Shown here in pieces: positions 46,501-57,559 of a stretch of 64,000 bases of DNA. This DNA comes from Amoebophrya sp. A120. Lineage: Eukaryota > Protista > Dinoflagellata. A program made the translations under genes and the position numbers. The notes under the pieces are model-generated. The model did no database searches. It was not told the DNA's origin and saw only the letters and a program-made list of their open reading frames with translations. The stretch lies in contig CAJINV010000002.1 of assembly GCA_905178155.1 (NCBI GenBank), positions 1,504,677 through 1,568,676 on the forward strand. Direction: 5' to 3'. The first letter of the stretch is position 1. The number at the start of each line of letters is the position of its first letter.

Positions 46501-49138
46501 CGTCGGCAACAGGACCCTCCACTTCATGATACGTCCACGCACTGCAGATGTGCACCATCTCGCACAACCGCTGGCACTTTCTCGCGTTCTCAGCCTGCAC
46601 TGAGTCTTCACTTCCTGCCCCACCGCCAGAGCTGTGGAGGGCTTCCGATTCCGCGAAGAAGTGGGAAAAATTTTCGCTCATTTCGATGGAAAACAAATCG
46701 CCGCCCGCGAAGTCCTGGTTCGGGATAAAGTCACATTGTTTCGTGGTCGTTTTGCTGAATAACGGATGGTAGCCCGTGAAGGTAGGGAGGCGGAGGGAAG
46801 CAGCCGACTTGAGCTCCTCGTCGGCATGATCCGGTTTCAGCACACCCTGGTCAATGATCGCCGTCATCGGATCGGCAACTGGACACATGGCCTCCTGTTT
46901 CGCCGACGGCACTGAGTTGTTCCCAGCGTTACTTGTGCTCAGAATAATTTCTTCCAACTTCAGCCGCAGCTGGGCACACGCGTACAAAATCCGTTTTCCG
47001 TACAAATCCTCGACCGTCCAAGTGTCCTCCGTGGGCTTTTTATCCGACGATCCCGCCTCGTCATCCGCGAAAAACTTGTCCCAGCCGGTGGCTTTCAATG
47101 CAGTAGCTGCGCCGTTTTTCAGCTCCAGATGCTCTTGGTAGTAAATGCAGTAATCGTACAACGTCGTGAACTGTTTGTGATAAAACACGAGGTTGCTGAC
47201 GTCTTTGAAACTTGCTGCCCACGTGGCTTTGTACTGTTCTTCCTCAGTACTCGGGGCTGTGTTCCTTTCCGTGAAAACCGGGGCGCAAGAGTCGCTCACA
47301 CCGATGCTGCCAGAGGACAGTTTTGTGCACAGCTTCCCCTTGTCAGTCAATTTCTCCCCTTGTGCATCCATCCGGAACAGGTCCCCCGGCGCGAGCCGAA
47401 TCCTTTGCGATTCGCCTGGGTTTGTGTGGGTCATGTCCGCGATTAAAGAACTGTTGCCAAACGGGTCGTTCGGATCCAGTTCCCCCGGGCATGTTCCGAA
47501 CGAGGAGGCTCCTGCGGCTTCCGCAATACAAACCCCCTCCGCATAACTCTCCAGTAACGCTTTCAAATCCTCCATCCCCAGCCACCCGGGGAAGTCAAAA
47601 CAGGCCTTCTGCAGCACCTGCGCCTGCCTTTCCTTCCCGTCCACCGCCGGGACAGCTTCTCCGGGGGAAAACAAATTTCCGTTCATCGGATCTTTGCCCG
47701 TGTTGATTTTGTTGCACCAAGACAACGCAATCTTCCGCACGACAAAATTTGCCACAGAACTTGGCATCCCATCAGTCGAGTCATCTGCTGGATCGTACTC
47801 GATCAGACTGGAATGTAAATTCCCCACGATTCTGCCATTTTTCACCTTGCACAGCGATTGACTTTCGTCGAACCACCGGGACATTTTGATCGGTTGTGTT
47901 TGGGCGGGGGAGACGCCGGGGAGGAAGTAATACTCCAGGAACTCGAGGTTGTGTTCCAACGTCTGCAAGTTCAGCGGCACAAATTCCGACCCAAGTAAAT
48001 CTTTCACAGGGCCATTGTTCAAATCGCCAAAAATCTCCGCCAAAACTCCCCTGCTTGTTCCCTCGTTGTCTTCTGCTAAAAGCGTAGTTGTAAAATCATT
48101 TTTCCCAAAAAACCCACCCGCGATTTCTTTGGGATAAAAGTTCCCGACCGTCCCAGCGGACCCCTGCATCGCCGAAAGCATCCCGCCGCCGTCGCCCGTG
48201 GCGGTGATGTAGAGGGTCTTACAGATAGAGTCTGCGTACTGCCGGATCGCGGACCGGACTTGTGATGCGGGGAAGGATTCCAGGTTGAAGATGAGATACT
48301 GGTGGTTGTACGTGTTCAAGAACCAACCAACTTTCGCCTCGTATTTTTGTTCTTTCTCGCTGAATTCCGCAGTATGCCGGGCCTGCCACCAGTTCGCTGG
48401 GAGGAAATCTTGCCCGTCGTTCGGGAGATTTAGGGGCAGGGTCGGTGGGAGCGTTAATTTGAGCGTCATCTTGTTCTCGAGCTGCTCTTGCTGGTCGAGG
48501 TGGAACTTGCTTGTCGAGGAAGTAGATTCTTGAGTGGTCCTCATCTCCAGTAGCGTGCTGTAGTCCAGCTCACGACCCGGTAGCACAGAAGTGTGGGTTG
48601 TTGTCGGAGACCGTTTATTGTTCTTCTTTTCGCGGCAATCGTGGTCTCCCGCGTGATGATCTGGGACGAGATGACCAACAACATCGGAATCTTCGCATTC
48701 GGTCCCCTCAATTTCATCTCCGTGTTGTGCCGTTCTTTCCTCTTCATTGACCAAAGGAACAACTTCATCCTGGCCCCGTAGTGCGGCCTTCTCGTCTGCC
48801 TTCTGCTGCAAGAACAGAGGACGCTGCTGCTGCAGCTCCTGGTGCAATTCTTTGTTCTCAAGAACGGCGGTCACTTTCTCCTTGGCCTGCAAAAAGCTCC
48901 TGCGGCTCGTGCCGCGGAGACGACTTCCAGTTCCCGCCGCCCTGTCGGTTTTGACCGTTGCGCGGTGTTGCTGCACCTTTACCGCGGTACTAGTATCGGC
49001 GGAAATTAGCCCGTGCGCTCTTAAACAGCAGGAAGTGGCGTTCAGCAGTGCGGTGAGCTGCAGCAGGTGGTTCTTTTGGCTACCGATAGAAGCAGTCATA
49101 TTGCGGCCCCCTTGCCTGCTAGCCCTACTCCGCAGCAT
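31527..49138 (-). CDS. Giant secreted/surface Cys-rich protein (~4782 aa, 13 exons): PAN/apple domain, three large internal repeats, lectin-like segment, DUF4116-like repeats
   Basis: Removing 12 introners plus one direct repeat each (3263 nt) from 17612 nt leaves 14349 nt = 4783 codons, with each junction in frame. Hydrophobic N-terminal segment. PAN motif CDFIPNQDFAGGDL...CQRLCEMVHICSAWTY...CYVK (~46450-46740). MTWE(H/N)LF repeated at ~45950, 43730 and 41345. Start codon uncertain. Confidence 0.85.
31582..31835. mobile_element. Introner, family A
   Basis: Family A TIRs; direct repeat GCCTG/GCTTG; joins IWRK-LQNC. Confidence 0.88.
32044..32349. mobile_element. Introner, family B
   Basis: TATGG...CCATA TIR; direct repeat AACGC/CACGC; joins FDLA-LQQN. 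Confidence 0.88.
33040..33295. mobile_element. Introner, family A
   Basis: Direct repeat GTGTT/ATGTT; joins FAET-LVTYDC. Confidence 0.9.
35109..35388. mobile_element. Introner, family D
   Basis: TIR TATCCTGAGTAAAAACGTCCCCA; direct repeat GGCAT; joins EWIMP-GLQ. Confidence 0.9.
36587..36849. mobile_element. Introner, family A
   Basis: Direct repeat CCGGT/CCGCT; joins NYQR-IHDF. Confidence 0.88.
37630..37908. mobile_element. Introner, family D
   Basis: TIR TATCCTGAGTAAAAA-GTACCCACACCAGAG; direct repeat AACGC; joins DGQAF-CQD. Confidence 0.92.
39688..39919. mobile_element. Introner, family E
   Basis: TIR TA(T/C)GAGAGTGCACAA; direct repeat AGAAA/AGGAA; joins KSTT(S/F)-YENF. Confidence 0.88.
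40371..40628. mobile_element. Introner, family C
   Basis: TATGAC...GTCATA TIR; direct repeat CAGGA; joins LQSSC-RALPGW. Confidence 0.9.
42052..42304. mobile_element. Introner, family A
   Basis: Direct repeat CGCAG/CGGAG; joins LKTAP-DAGT. Confidence 0.87.
42507..42771. mobile_element. Introner, family A
   Basis: Direct repeat AAGTT; joins LQET-SCEE. Confidence 0.92.
43980..44231. mobile_element. Introner, family A
   Basis: Direct repeat TTTCG; joins VFGTE-TLDT; uninterrupted relative of the PIG-S introner in opposite orientation. Confidence 0.92.
45122..45426. mobile_element. Introner, family D-related
   Basis: TIR core GTGAAAAATGCCCCCACCCC; direct repeat AATTC; joins LVQN-FCVR. Confidence 0.9.
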
Positions 49139-50718
49139 GGGTGATGTGCTGACAAGTGTAGGGGGGTAGATAGCGTGGCTCAGAGAGAAGTTTTTCTGCT
49201 CCTGTCGTGTCATTCTAATTGGAGCCTCCGATGGAGAACATATGTGAACCAACTGGAACTTCCGCTCAAAGTTTTTTGAAGAGTGCAAAAATTAAGGGGG
49301 AAAGTAAATCTGAAAAGGGTGAGGAAGGGGAAACGTTTGGTGTAAGGGTGCTTTATTTCAAGGCTTCTAAGGTAAAAGCCTAAAGGTAGTTCTATTTTCC
49401 GCGTCTCCCAGGAGATTTGGAAAATTCCTTGTCCTTCCTGTGATTTTTGGAATTAGGTGTGAAAAAATTGGATTTATTCCTCCACATTTACTAAAGCTGC
49501 ACGATGAATGAAGACACATCACGAGGATGGGAATTATGGCTCCTCTTCATTTTATACTACAACGAACTTGCAGAGAACGAGACGATTCTGTGATGCCAGT
49601 GTCTGTGGACGACGAGCACAGCAGTGATCGAAGGCAGGGTCCTCGTGAAGAATGGCAGCTTGTAAGGAACAAACATCCTCGGAGATGACAGTCAGTCTCT
49701 TCTCCAAGAACGAGCAAGAACGACCTTAGTAAATCTTGTAGTTGCGCACGAAAAGATATTGAAGCACCAGACGATTTTTAGCAGCACGACCACGAGTACG
49801 AAGATACCAGGATCATCTGTGTCGTGCGCGGTGACTCAAAACTTGGCAGAGCTGACATAACGAAATTTATATTTAAGTAACCATGTTGAATCGTACCAAT
49901 AATTACTCGCAAACGATATTCGTGGACGACGAAAAAGAGCACGTCCGCTCGTTGCAGCACGATGCTCACAGAAGCAGTAGAACACGTATACGAACAGACA
50001 GGAAAGTAAAGGCAGCACCACGCTACAACGCAGCACGAAAAGCCGTTTTACTTTTTCCTTTTGAGTTGCTGGGGACGATAATTCGATGCATCATCGTGGG
50101 GTTTATTTTTCCGAGTTGTGGGACAAGTATCATCTCAGTGGAGGGAAGATGATAATTTTTGGATTGATACTTCTGAGGAAAGTCCATTTCAGTTTGTGGC
50201 CAGTAGGGTTAAAACGCTGTTAGGGTATACCAACAGGGGGCGCTTTAACCTATTTGACGCCACATCTTCGGATAGTAAGTATGATGATGCCGAGTAAAGA
50301 TCATGCTGCTCTCATCTCACAAGGAAATTTCGAAAAAAACGGGGTTTTCTATGTGAAACAATTACCGGTCGTTCTTGCACGACAGGTCAAAGGTTGAATC
50401 TCTGGGAAAATCGTCGGTGGTGGCTCGGGGTAGGTACGGTTGCTTTTTATCAAAAGAAATGTGTAAAAAGTTTTGAAAAACGAAACTGAGTGGTTGTATG
50501 TGCAAAGTTGTTCTGACGAATCTCAGACTTCTATATGCGAAATGAAAAATGCTACATAGTAAAAAACAGGTGACTTGCTATGCAAATGTAGTGGTTCTGA
50601 ATCATGTACAAGTTGTACTACAAAAATGTGAAGTGAAAGCAAACTGGTTTGAGATATTCTCGTGTACATCAAAATCGAAATCCCACCCCCCAAAAAATCA
50701 AAAATGCACTAAAGCACC

Positions 50719-53700
50719 TCATCTTCTACCTGTGCAGTCAATTTTCCCGGCTCCCGTGCCACACTTCGTCGCGCATTCGGCGCTGACTTCCCCGGCGTCA
50801 CAGTTCCACATTCTGCGGCGAATCATCGAATCCATCGAATTGTTAAGCGTCCAAGTCCCGTTCGGCCCCGGCTGGCACAAAATTCCAACGTTTTGCTGGT
50901 TTCGCAGCGTCACCTTACACTCCGCGCCCTTCTCTCCCGGCAGGGGCTCCGGTTGCGGAGCCAGCGTGTAATCAATCGTTTCCTCCTCCACGATTTCGCA
51001 TTCGTAAGTCTTCAATTTGTCGTACGAGGGGGACGAGTCTTTCTCCTTCGCCTTGTATTGCCGCAGCAACTGTTCGTCTTCCACCATCGCCGGCCACACG
51101 TTGCAGTCCTTGTCCACCGCGGCCCTCCAAACGTCCAAATTCGGCTTCGCTGTGACCCCAGCAATTTTCAGGTACGTCGCCACGGTGCAATCGTCTTTCG
51201 ACAAAAGGGATTCATTCAACCCCTCCCCCGACACGTGGTCGCTCTGCCCTCTTGGGAATTTCTTCGCGCGCTCGTCGAAAAGCCATTCTAGCATGTGCAC
51301 ATCGGTCGCCAGAGGATTGGCCGATTTGTATCAAAAGGAAAAATCCCCCCGCCCCATATCAAAACGAAATATCTGCTGCCGGATTTGCGTACACAAATCA
51401 GCCTTGTCTTGCAGTAGAAGACTGCAGGCCCTCCATATCAAGCCGGAGTGGGGAGGTTTTGGCCTGGGCGCTCAGCATGACAAAAGTCCATGCTGTAGGT
51501 CCAGCAGCATCACAAACCGCCGGCATAATGCTTGTGGCCTTCTGCGTTTGCCTTCTCGCAAGACCGACACGATTTGTGACCACAAATCAGCATCACAAAT
51601 TTCCAAAAATACAGCTTTTCAGTATGGGGAGGGGGGATTTTTCCTTTTGATAATTTGCTGGTCGCAACCACCGCAGCTTTCCAACCGGAGGAGCAGTGTT
51701 CCAACACCGCATTTTTCGCCATCGAAGGGTTCAGCAAAAACGCGAGCTGCTTTTCCTGCACGTAGCCCTTGGGCTGCCAGGCGTGTCTATCAAAAGGAAA
51801 AATCCCCCCTCCCCATATCGAAAACGAAATTTGTGATGCTGTATTTGAGTACACAAATCGACTTGTAATGCTAGAACGCCAAGGGACGCAGCTGTGGCCT
51901 CGTTTGCAGGCAATTGGTCACGCTGTTTCCGCATTCCAGCTGCCCCCTGTCATGCCGAAGATGCAAGGCTTTCCCACGCCAACCCGCACTACAGTCCGCA
52001 TCTTTTCCCTTCTAGCATGACAAAGCTGATTTGTGACCACAAATTTCTAGTTTGAGTATGGGGCGGGGGGATTTTTCATTTTGATAGTGTCCAGTCTTCG
52101 TTCCCCCGACAAGACCCGCGTCCGGCGTGTCCCAAAAGCGCAGCATTTCACACCCAATTCTCCGCTGTTCATGGTCGGCGAACCGGAAGTCCAGCGTGAA
52201 GTCCGGTTTTTCGAGCCCAAAAACCATTTTGCTGAGGTATTTTAGCTTCTCGTCTTGCTCGAAAACCGCACCGTTGCTGGCGGTGTAATCCTGGTCTTTC
52301 GGTAACAGCCTTACCAGTTCGCAGTACTCTTGCAGCCTCGTGTAGACGAAGTGCAACTCGAATAAGTGCAATTTCGGCGCCAGCGGCTCTGCGTTTTGTC
52401 CGAGAAAGACCGCGCGACCCGGGAACGAGCTCGAAGAAATAGCCGGGACGCACTTGGGGAAAGCCGTCTCTCCGGTTTGCTTCTTCAGAAAATCGAGGGA
52501 ATCTAACGTCATTCTTGCGAGGTCTTTCTGATCTGGTTTCACAGCCCCCACGTCCGGCACCAACATGGCTTCGGCTTCGGCAGCGGTGTTAGCGAGGTGG
52601 CAAATCTGCCCTTTGGGGAACCAGTCTAGGTTTTTCCTAATGTCGTGGTCCTCGAGGGGCGAACTACCGGTCGAGGGGCGAACCAAATCCACTGCGTGGT
52701 ACCGACCCACCTCCTGCGGGAACGCCGTGGGCCGCCGTTTTTCCAGAGATTCGCAATCGGCGTCAGTACGCGAACCGCAGACGCCGAGGAGGTATCCCGC
52801 GATCCGCATTTGCAGCTCGAAAGCGGGCAACCACCCGGCCACGGCCTTGCATGCGGTGTGCAGCGTGTCGTAATGGAGAGAGTAGTCGTACATCTTGCGA
52901 GCACCAGAGGTGGAACTACTAGAGAGGCCGCGCAAGGGATCCAAGTAAGGCCCATTGAAGACCTCGTCGGCATACAAGTCGTCCAGCGCCGGACTTATTT
53001 TTCCTCGCGTTGTCAGTCCCTGTGCGAACGCCGTGCGGCGAAAGTCCGCCCGGACGCAAAGATTTTGCACCACGTTGACCAGCGCCGCCTGTGTGGTCGT
53101 CGTCTGGGCCACGCGGAACCGGTCGGAAGTGCCGGAAGTTTTGAACGCCGGTTCGAGGCAGCCGGGTTCGCAAATCTTTCCCTTGGAAAACCAATTGTTC
53201 CACTCGGCGGTTTTTTTTGGGTCGACGTCTTTGCCTTCGTCTTCCGCCAAGTCCCACCCGTAACCCGCCCCTTGCGGGTAAAATTTCGGGCGGATGTTAT
53301 CGAAAGGGAAAATCCCCCCTCCCCATATCAAAACGGAATTTCTGATGCTGGGTCTGTGTACACAAATCAGGTTTGTATTGCAAAGAGGCACTGCGGCCAG
53401 ATCCCCAGGCTAGGTAGGGGCGTATGGGTCTAGTTGCTCAGCATGGCAAACGGCTCCCCTTTAGGCACAACAGCATGAAAAATCGCTTCCATAATGGGGC
53501 GGAAGCTTCTGCCCTTGTCTTCTTGCAAGACAAATGTGATTTGTGACCTCAAATCAGCAACACAAATTTTAGGAAAAATACCTTTTCGGTATGGGGAGGG
53601 GGGATTTTTCCTCTTGATAGATGTACTCGCTGGTGCATTCCGGCCAGGGCTCCCACGACGAACTGTGGGCGTTTTCGGGTTTTTCGTAATTTCATCAAAT

Positions 53701-55285
53701 GGAAATACGTCTGGGTCTCTGGAAGGTTGCTAGGTTTGTCATGCTTGTCTGACAGGACTGCAGAGCTTGTATTATGCGTGTCCAGGACGAAAAGGCCCGT
53801 ATTTTCCTTGTCATGGAGAAACGCACTTTGTCATGCGGTATCGTGTGCGCAACTACACTTAGCTGCGCAAATATTTCTTATGCTTGGTCGTGTTCGCAGT
53901 GCATGATACAGACCGTTCATTATCATTTACTTATTTTAAGCAAACCGTGCATTACAAGTTTCCAGACGCAGACTACCACTACAAATTTTCAGTGCATAAA
54001 TCAGCATCGTCCGCCACGAGTTTGTTCTTTCCGATCGCACGGCAGAGGGAACGGCTGTACTCGTAAAGCATATCACGCCGTCAGCTGTTACAATCTCAAA
54101 CGTTACAATAGAGTAGTGAAATCTGTGATGCAAGAGTGCATGATCTAGCCAACTCTCATAGGATTGCGCATGACAAGTTCCGGAATCCCAAACCCCACTA
54201 CAACAATCTGGCGAAATTTCTATTGCAGAAAGTGGAACGCTCTGCGAGTCTGTCATGCTCATCATGCAACACGAGTCTCCGACTCTATTGTAACGTTTGA
54301 GAGTGTAACACCTGAGCGGGTTATAAAGCACCGCTTGGACTTCCTCCTCGTCCAAATCCACGCTCAGCTCCGGACTACCGCCCTTCAGGTAATACTCTTC
54401 GTGGTAAAGTTTCTTCGGCGAACCGCTGATATCATCGCCATCACTGAACAAGTGTTCCCACGTCATGCGGCGGGGGGGCGTGGTTTCGGAAGACAGGAAC
54501 ACGAGGGGATGTTCTTGCAGAGAAGAGAGATCTTCACCGGTGGGAAGATCTTTACCACCTTCCGGCGGGACAACTGAACCGGGGAGTAGTGGCCGGCCCG
54601 AAGTTGACCCAACTTGCTGCCCAACTTGTTGTTCCAGAAACTCCTGCTGCGGCGGGGGCGGATGTTCTTTTTCCTCTGGCTGTTTCATCTTCCCAACGAT
54701 CTTGTTTTTCCGGTTCCACCGCGCGAGCAGGGGTTTATTGTCTTGGTCGAGCGGACGATCCGTCGATGCGGCTTCAAGAACTACATCGGTCGCCACGGCG
54801 GAGGTGGCCTGCTTCTTCCCCTTGAAGTTCTTCCCCCGCGCGGCCGCACTCCTGTAGTTCTTGGTCGCCAACAGCGAGGTCCTTTTCTCGGCTATCAAAT
54901 GCAAATCTGTCTGGGTCTGGAAACTTGTGACGCAAGGAATGGAATCGTGAGCACACTGTAATGCGCTGCCAAGCATGACAAGCTTTTCCGTGGTTCTGAG
55001 TTGCGTACTCTGCATGAGAAACTGCGTTTTTGCATGACAGGCAAGAGGAGCTCTTTGTGGTGACGCAACATCACAGAGTTGAGAGTCATGCCAGACTACC
55101 ATGACAAATCTCGCAACTTCCCAGACCCAGACCTATTTGCATTTGATATCGGCATAATCTTCACGAGTTGTACTCCTGGCCGTCGTGGAGGTGGTCATCT
55201 TCATCTTCCCTCGACTCAGCAGAGTCCTCGTCGTTGCTGCTGCAGCGGCGGAGGAAACAACGGAGAAAACAACGGCTTTCTTCAT
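50719..55285 (-). CDS. Short paralog of the giant secreted protein (~929 aa, 7 exons)
   Basis: Starts MKKAVVFSVVSSAAAA. Removing 6 introners (1777 nt) leaves 2790 nt in frame. Shares RMTWEHLF, YEYSRSxC, FKTSGTSDRF, HLFELHFVYTRLQEYCELV, HCSxGWKAAV and DCTVATYL with 31527-49138. Confidence 0.85.
51329..51652. mobile_element. Introner, family F
   Basis: TIR TATCAAAAGGAAAAATCCCCCC; direct repeat ATTTG; joins ATSK-SANP. Confidence 0.92.
51788..52086. mobile_element. Introner, family F
   Basis: Direct repeat GTGTC; joins KTGH-AWQPKG. Confidence 0.92.
53298..53619. mobile_element. Introner, family F
   Basis: Direct repeat GATGT; joins TSEYI-RPKFYP. Confidence 0.92.
53693..53983. mobile_element. 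Degenerate introner, family A
   Basis: Left TIR recognisable, right TIR eroded; direct repeat AATTT; joins CTEN-YEKPENAH. Confidence 0.75.
54071..54325. mobile_element. Introner, family C
   Basis: Direct repeat AAGCA; joins VQAVL-YEYSRS. Confidence 0.92.
54893..55148. mobile_element. Introner, family A
   Basis: Direct repeat TCGGC; joins REDYA-EKRT. Confidence 0.92.
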
Positions 55286-56089
55286 TTTTTCTCTCACAGC
55301 CGCGGAAGTACTTGAGGATTAGATTTGCAATGCACTGTTGGTTCGGAGGACAGGTGAAGAAAAGCGGTTTGTGGACAGCTTTCTTGGAATTGCCTGCAGG
55401 GCTAGGTTTTCCTAACTCTTTTCGAGAAAAAAAAGGGGTGTTCCTGGATTGATTCTTTATTTTACCAAATCATCGCTACTGAAGTTGAACTAGAAACAAG
55501 TCTCTATCAAGTACTTACACAATAAGTAAAGGTCTTGTTCGTGAGTTGTCCAGCGGCCGGACCAGCTTGGTGGACGAAAAACACGTACAGAGATTGCAAC
55601 GAAGACGAAGAGAATAAAACAAATAAATACGACTCCAGGTTTTGCACGGCGTGAGCGAAGGCATCACGGAAAGAACCAGTTCTTAAGAGTTCTTGGTGTT
55701 CCAGTACTATACATTTCTGAGCCGACACGACAACGAATGATCCATAGGGATGCAATAAGAATCTTCGTGCACGAAGAACGAATAGCAAACTAAACTTGGG
55801 TATCACAGGACCACAGCACGCACGCGGGGGAGGAGGCACGACTACGTCTCTCTACGACTACGATATATACGAACTGCATAAATCGTCGCAGAGGATTCGA
55901 GTCAGAACTTGAAGTAGGGTGCTCATGCTCATGCTAGTTGTGGTGACATTCTTTCACACTAGTATGGAGCTGCGGTCGTCGTTTTTCTTTCATTCACTTT
56001 TTCGCGTAATTCATCGCATCATATAATTCGAAAATCGTCCAGCACTTCTCGCACGTCGCCAGGTGCACGCATGATCAAGGCCGTACCGG

Positions 56090-56411
56090 TATTGAGAGGA
56101 AAAATCCCCCCTCCCCATATCGAAAAGGTATGTTTCCGAAAATTTGTGTTGCTGATTTGAGGTCGCAAATCACATTTGTTTTGCAAGAAGACAAGGGCAG
56201 AACCTTCCGCCCCACTATGGAAGCGATTTGTCATGCTGTTGGCCCTAAAAGTGACCCGTTTGCCATGCTGAACAACTAGACCCATACGCCCCTACCTAGC
56301 CTGGGGATTTGGCCGCGGTGCCTCTCTGCAATACAAACCTGATTTGTGTACACAAATCCAGCATCAGAAATTCCGTTTTGATATGGGGAGGGGGGATTTT
56401 TCCTCGTGATA
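56090..56411. mobile_element. Family F element, inverted close relative of 53298-53619, lacking a matching direct repeat
   Basis: 322 bp; flanks ACCGG vs TGGTC. Confidence 0.85.
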
Positions 56412-56769
56412 TGGTCATCTTCATCTTCCCTCGACTCAGCAAAGTCCTCGTCGTTGCCGCTGCACTACCACCACCTCCTTCGCCGCCGCGGCCACGACGC
56501 TGATTTATTGCTGCAGTCGGTTTTTGCTTGTTTTCACCAGCATGATCTCCTCCGGTAGTTCCAGGAGTGCTGACGCCGCTACTTTTCGCGTTGGTGGACA
56601 CAACGACAACATTAGCCGGATCTTCTTCAACCTCGTCTGGTAGTACAGCAGTAGTAGCAATCTTCAGTCCGTGCGAAAAAACCACCCCGCCGGTGCGGTA
56701 GCTGCTGCTCGAAACCACCGCAGCGCCGGCCCGCAGCAAATTTTTCTTACCACCGTTTGACTTCATCAT
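56412..56769 (-). pseudogene. 5' fragment of a third paralog of the secreted-protein family
   Basis: AAATTRTLLSRGKMKMT is shared, also at DNA level, with the start of the 55285 gene. Homology stops at the element, and no continuation was found beyond it. Confidence 0.55.
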
Positions 56770-56885
56770 GGTCGGTTAAAAGCAGTTTTCTGTCGATCCG
56801 CCTGTTGCAAAATCGATTCTGCTGCTCCTCTGTTATGCTGTAAATAGTGGGTCCTCGTTTGTCGTATAAACAAGTGTAAAAATAC

Positions 56886-57377
56886 CGAACGAAGATATTT
56901 CTACACCTTTTCTCACACTCAGTTTTCATTTTCCCCATTACCACCTCTCATGTATCTATTCTCGCCTGGTGTCAGTACTTCGAACATAGATTGAAAAACC
57001 GAAAAGAATGAAGATCTTGGATCTCCTCCTCGTGGTTTTTATTTACCACTGCTGCTTTTTTACCCTGTGGCTGCCTTGTTCGGACAGTGAAATGTTGCAT
57101 CAGGAGCTTTCGTTTTTGTACGCAAGACGAAAGAGACGGAAAAACCAGATTTGTAATGCGGAACGCCAAAAGTTGACAAACAGAGATTATTTTTCCACAT
57201 GAACATAAAAAAGAGCTTGACTTTTGTGCCCGTTTAGTCGTGTTTCACCAATCTGTCATGGTAAATAAAAGGCGAAATAGAGTGTGGCTTGCTGCTGTGG
57301 CGCGTGTGGGCAGCAATGCAGATTAAAAATCTGTGATGCTGAAAGAGGAAAAGTTTGTTCTTTTTCCGAGGCCTGAT
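56886..57377. repeat. 3' pseudo-LTR (at least 492 bp)
   Basis: Matches 63509-64000 at offset 6623 with about 1 mismatch seen. Confidence 0.95.
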
Positions 57378-57559
57378 TAGAAACGCCATAAATAAGATTC
57401 CTTGCTCTTCGAAAAGTAAAACGACAACCATAAAAGACTTACTATACCACTATTGCCTTGCGTTAACTAAATATCCTGATGGGGTTCAACATGCCGTCGC
57501 GTAAGTGCATTACAAAGGCTTCTATGTAGCATTTTCGGAGTAGCGACGGAGCGAGGAGT

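Noticed and set aside
31582-55148. Helical (10-11 bp) periodicity of introner lengths, as in ciliate IESs
   Set aside because: Lengths (220-324 bp) cluster by family and are too few to show periodicity.
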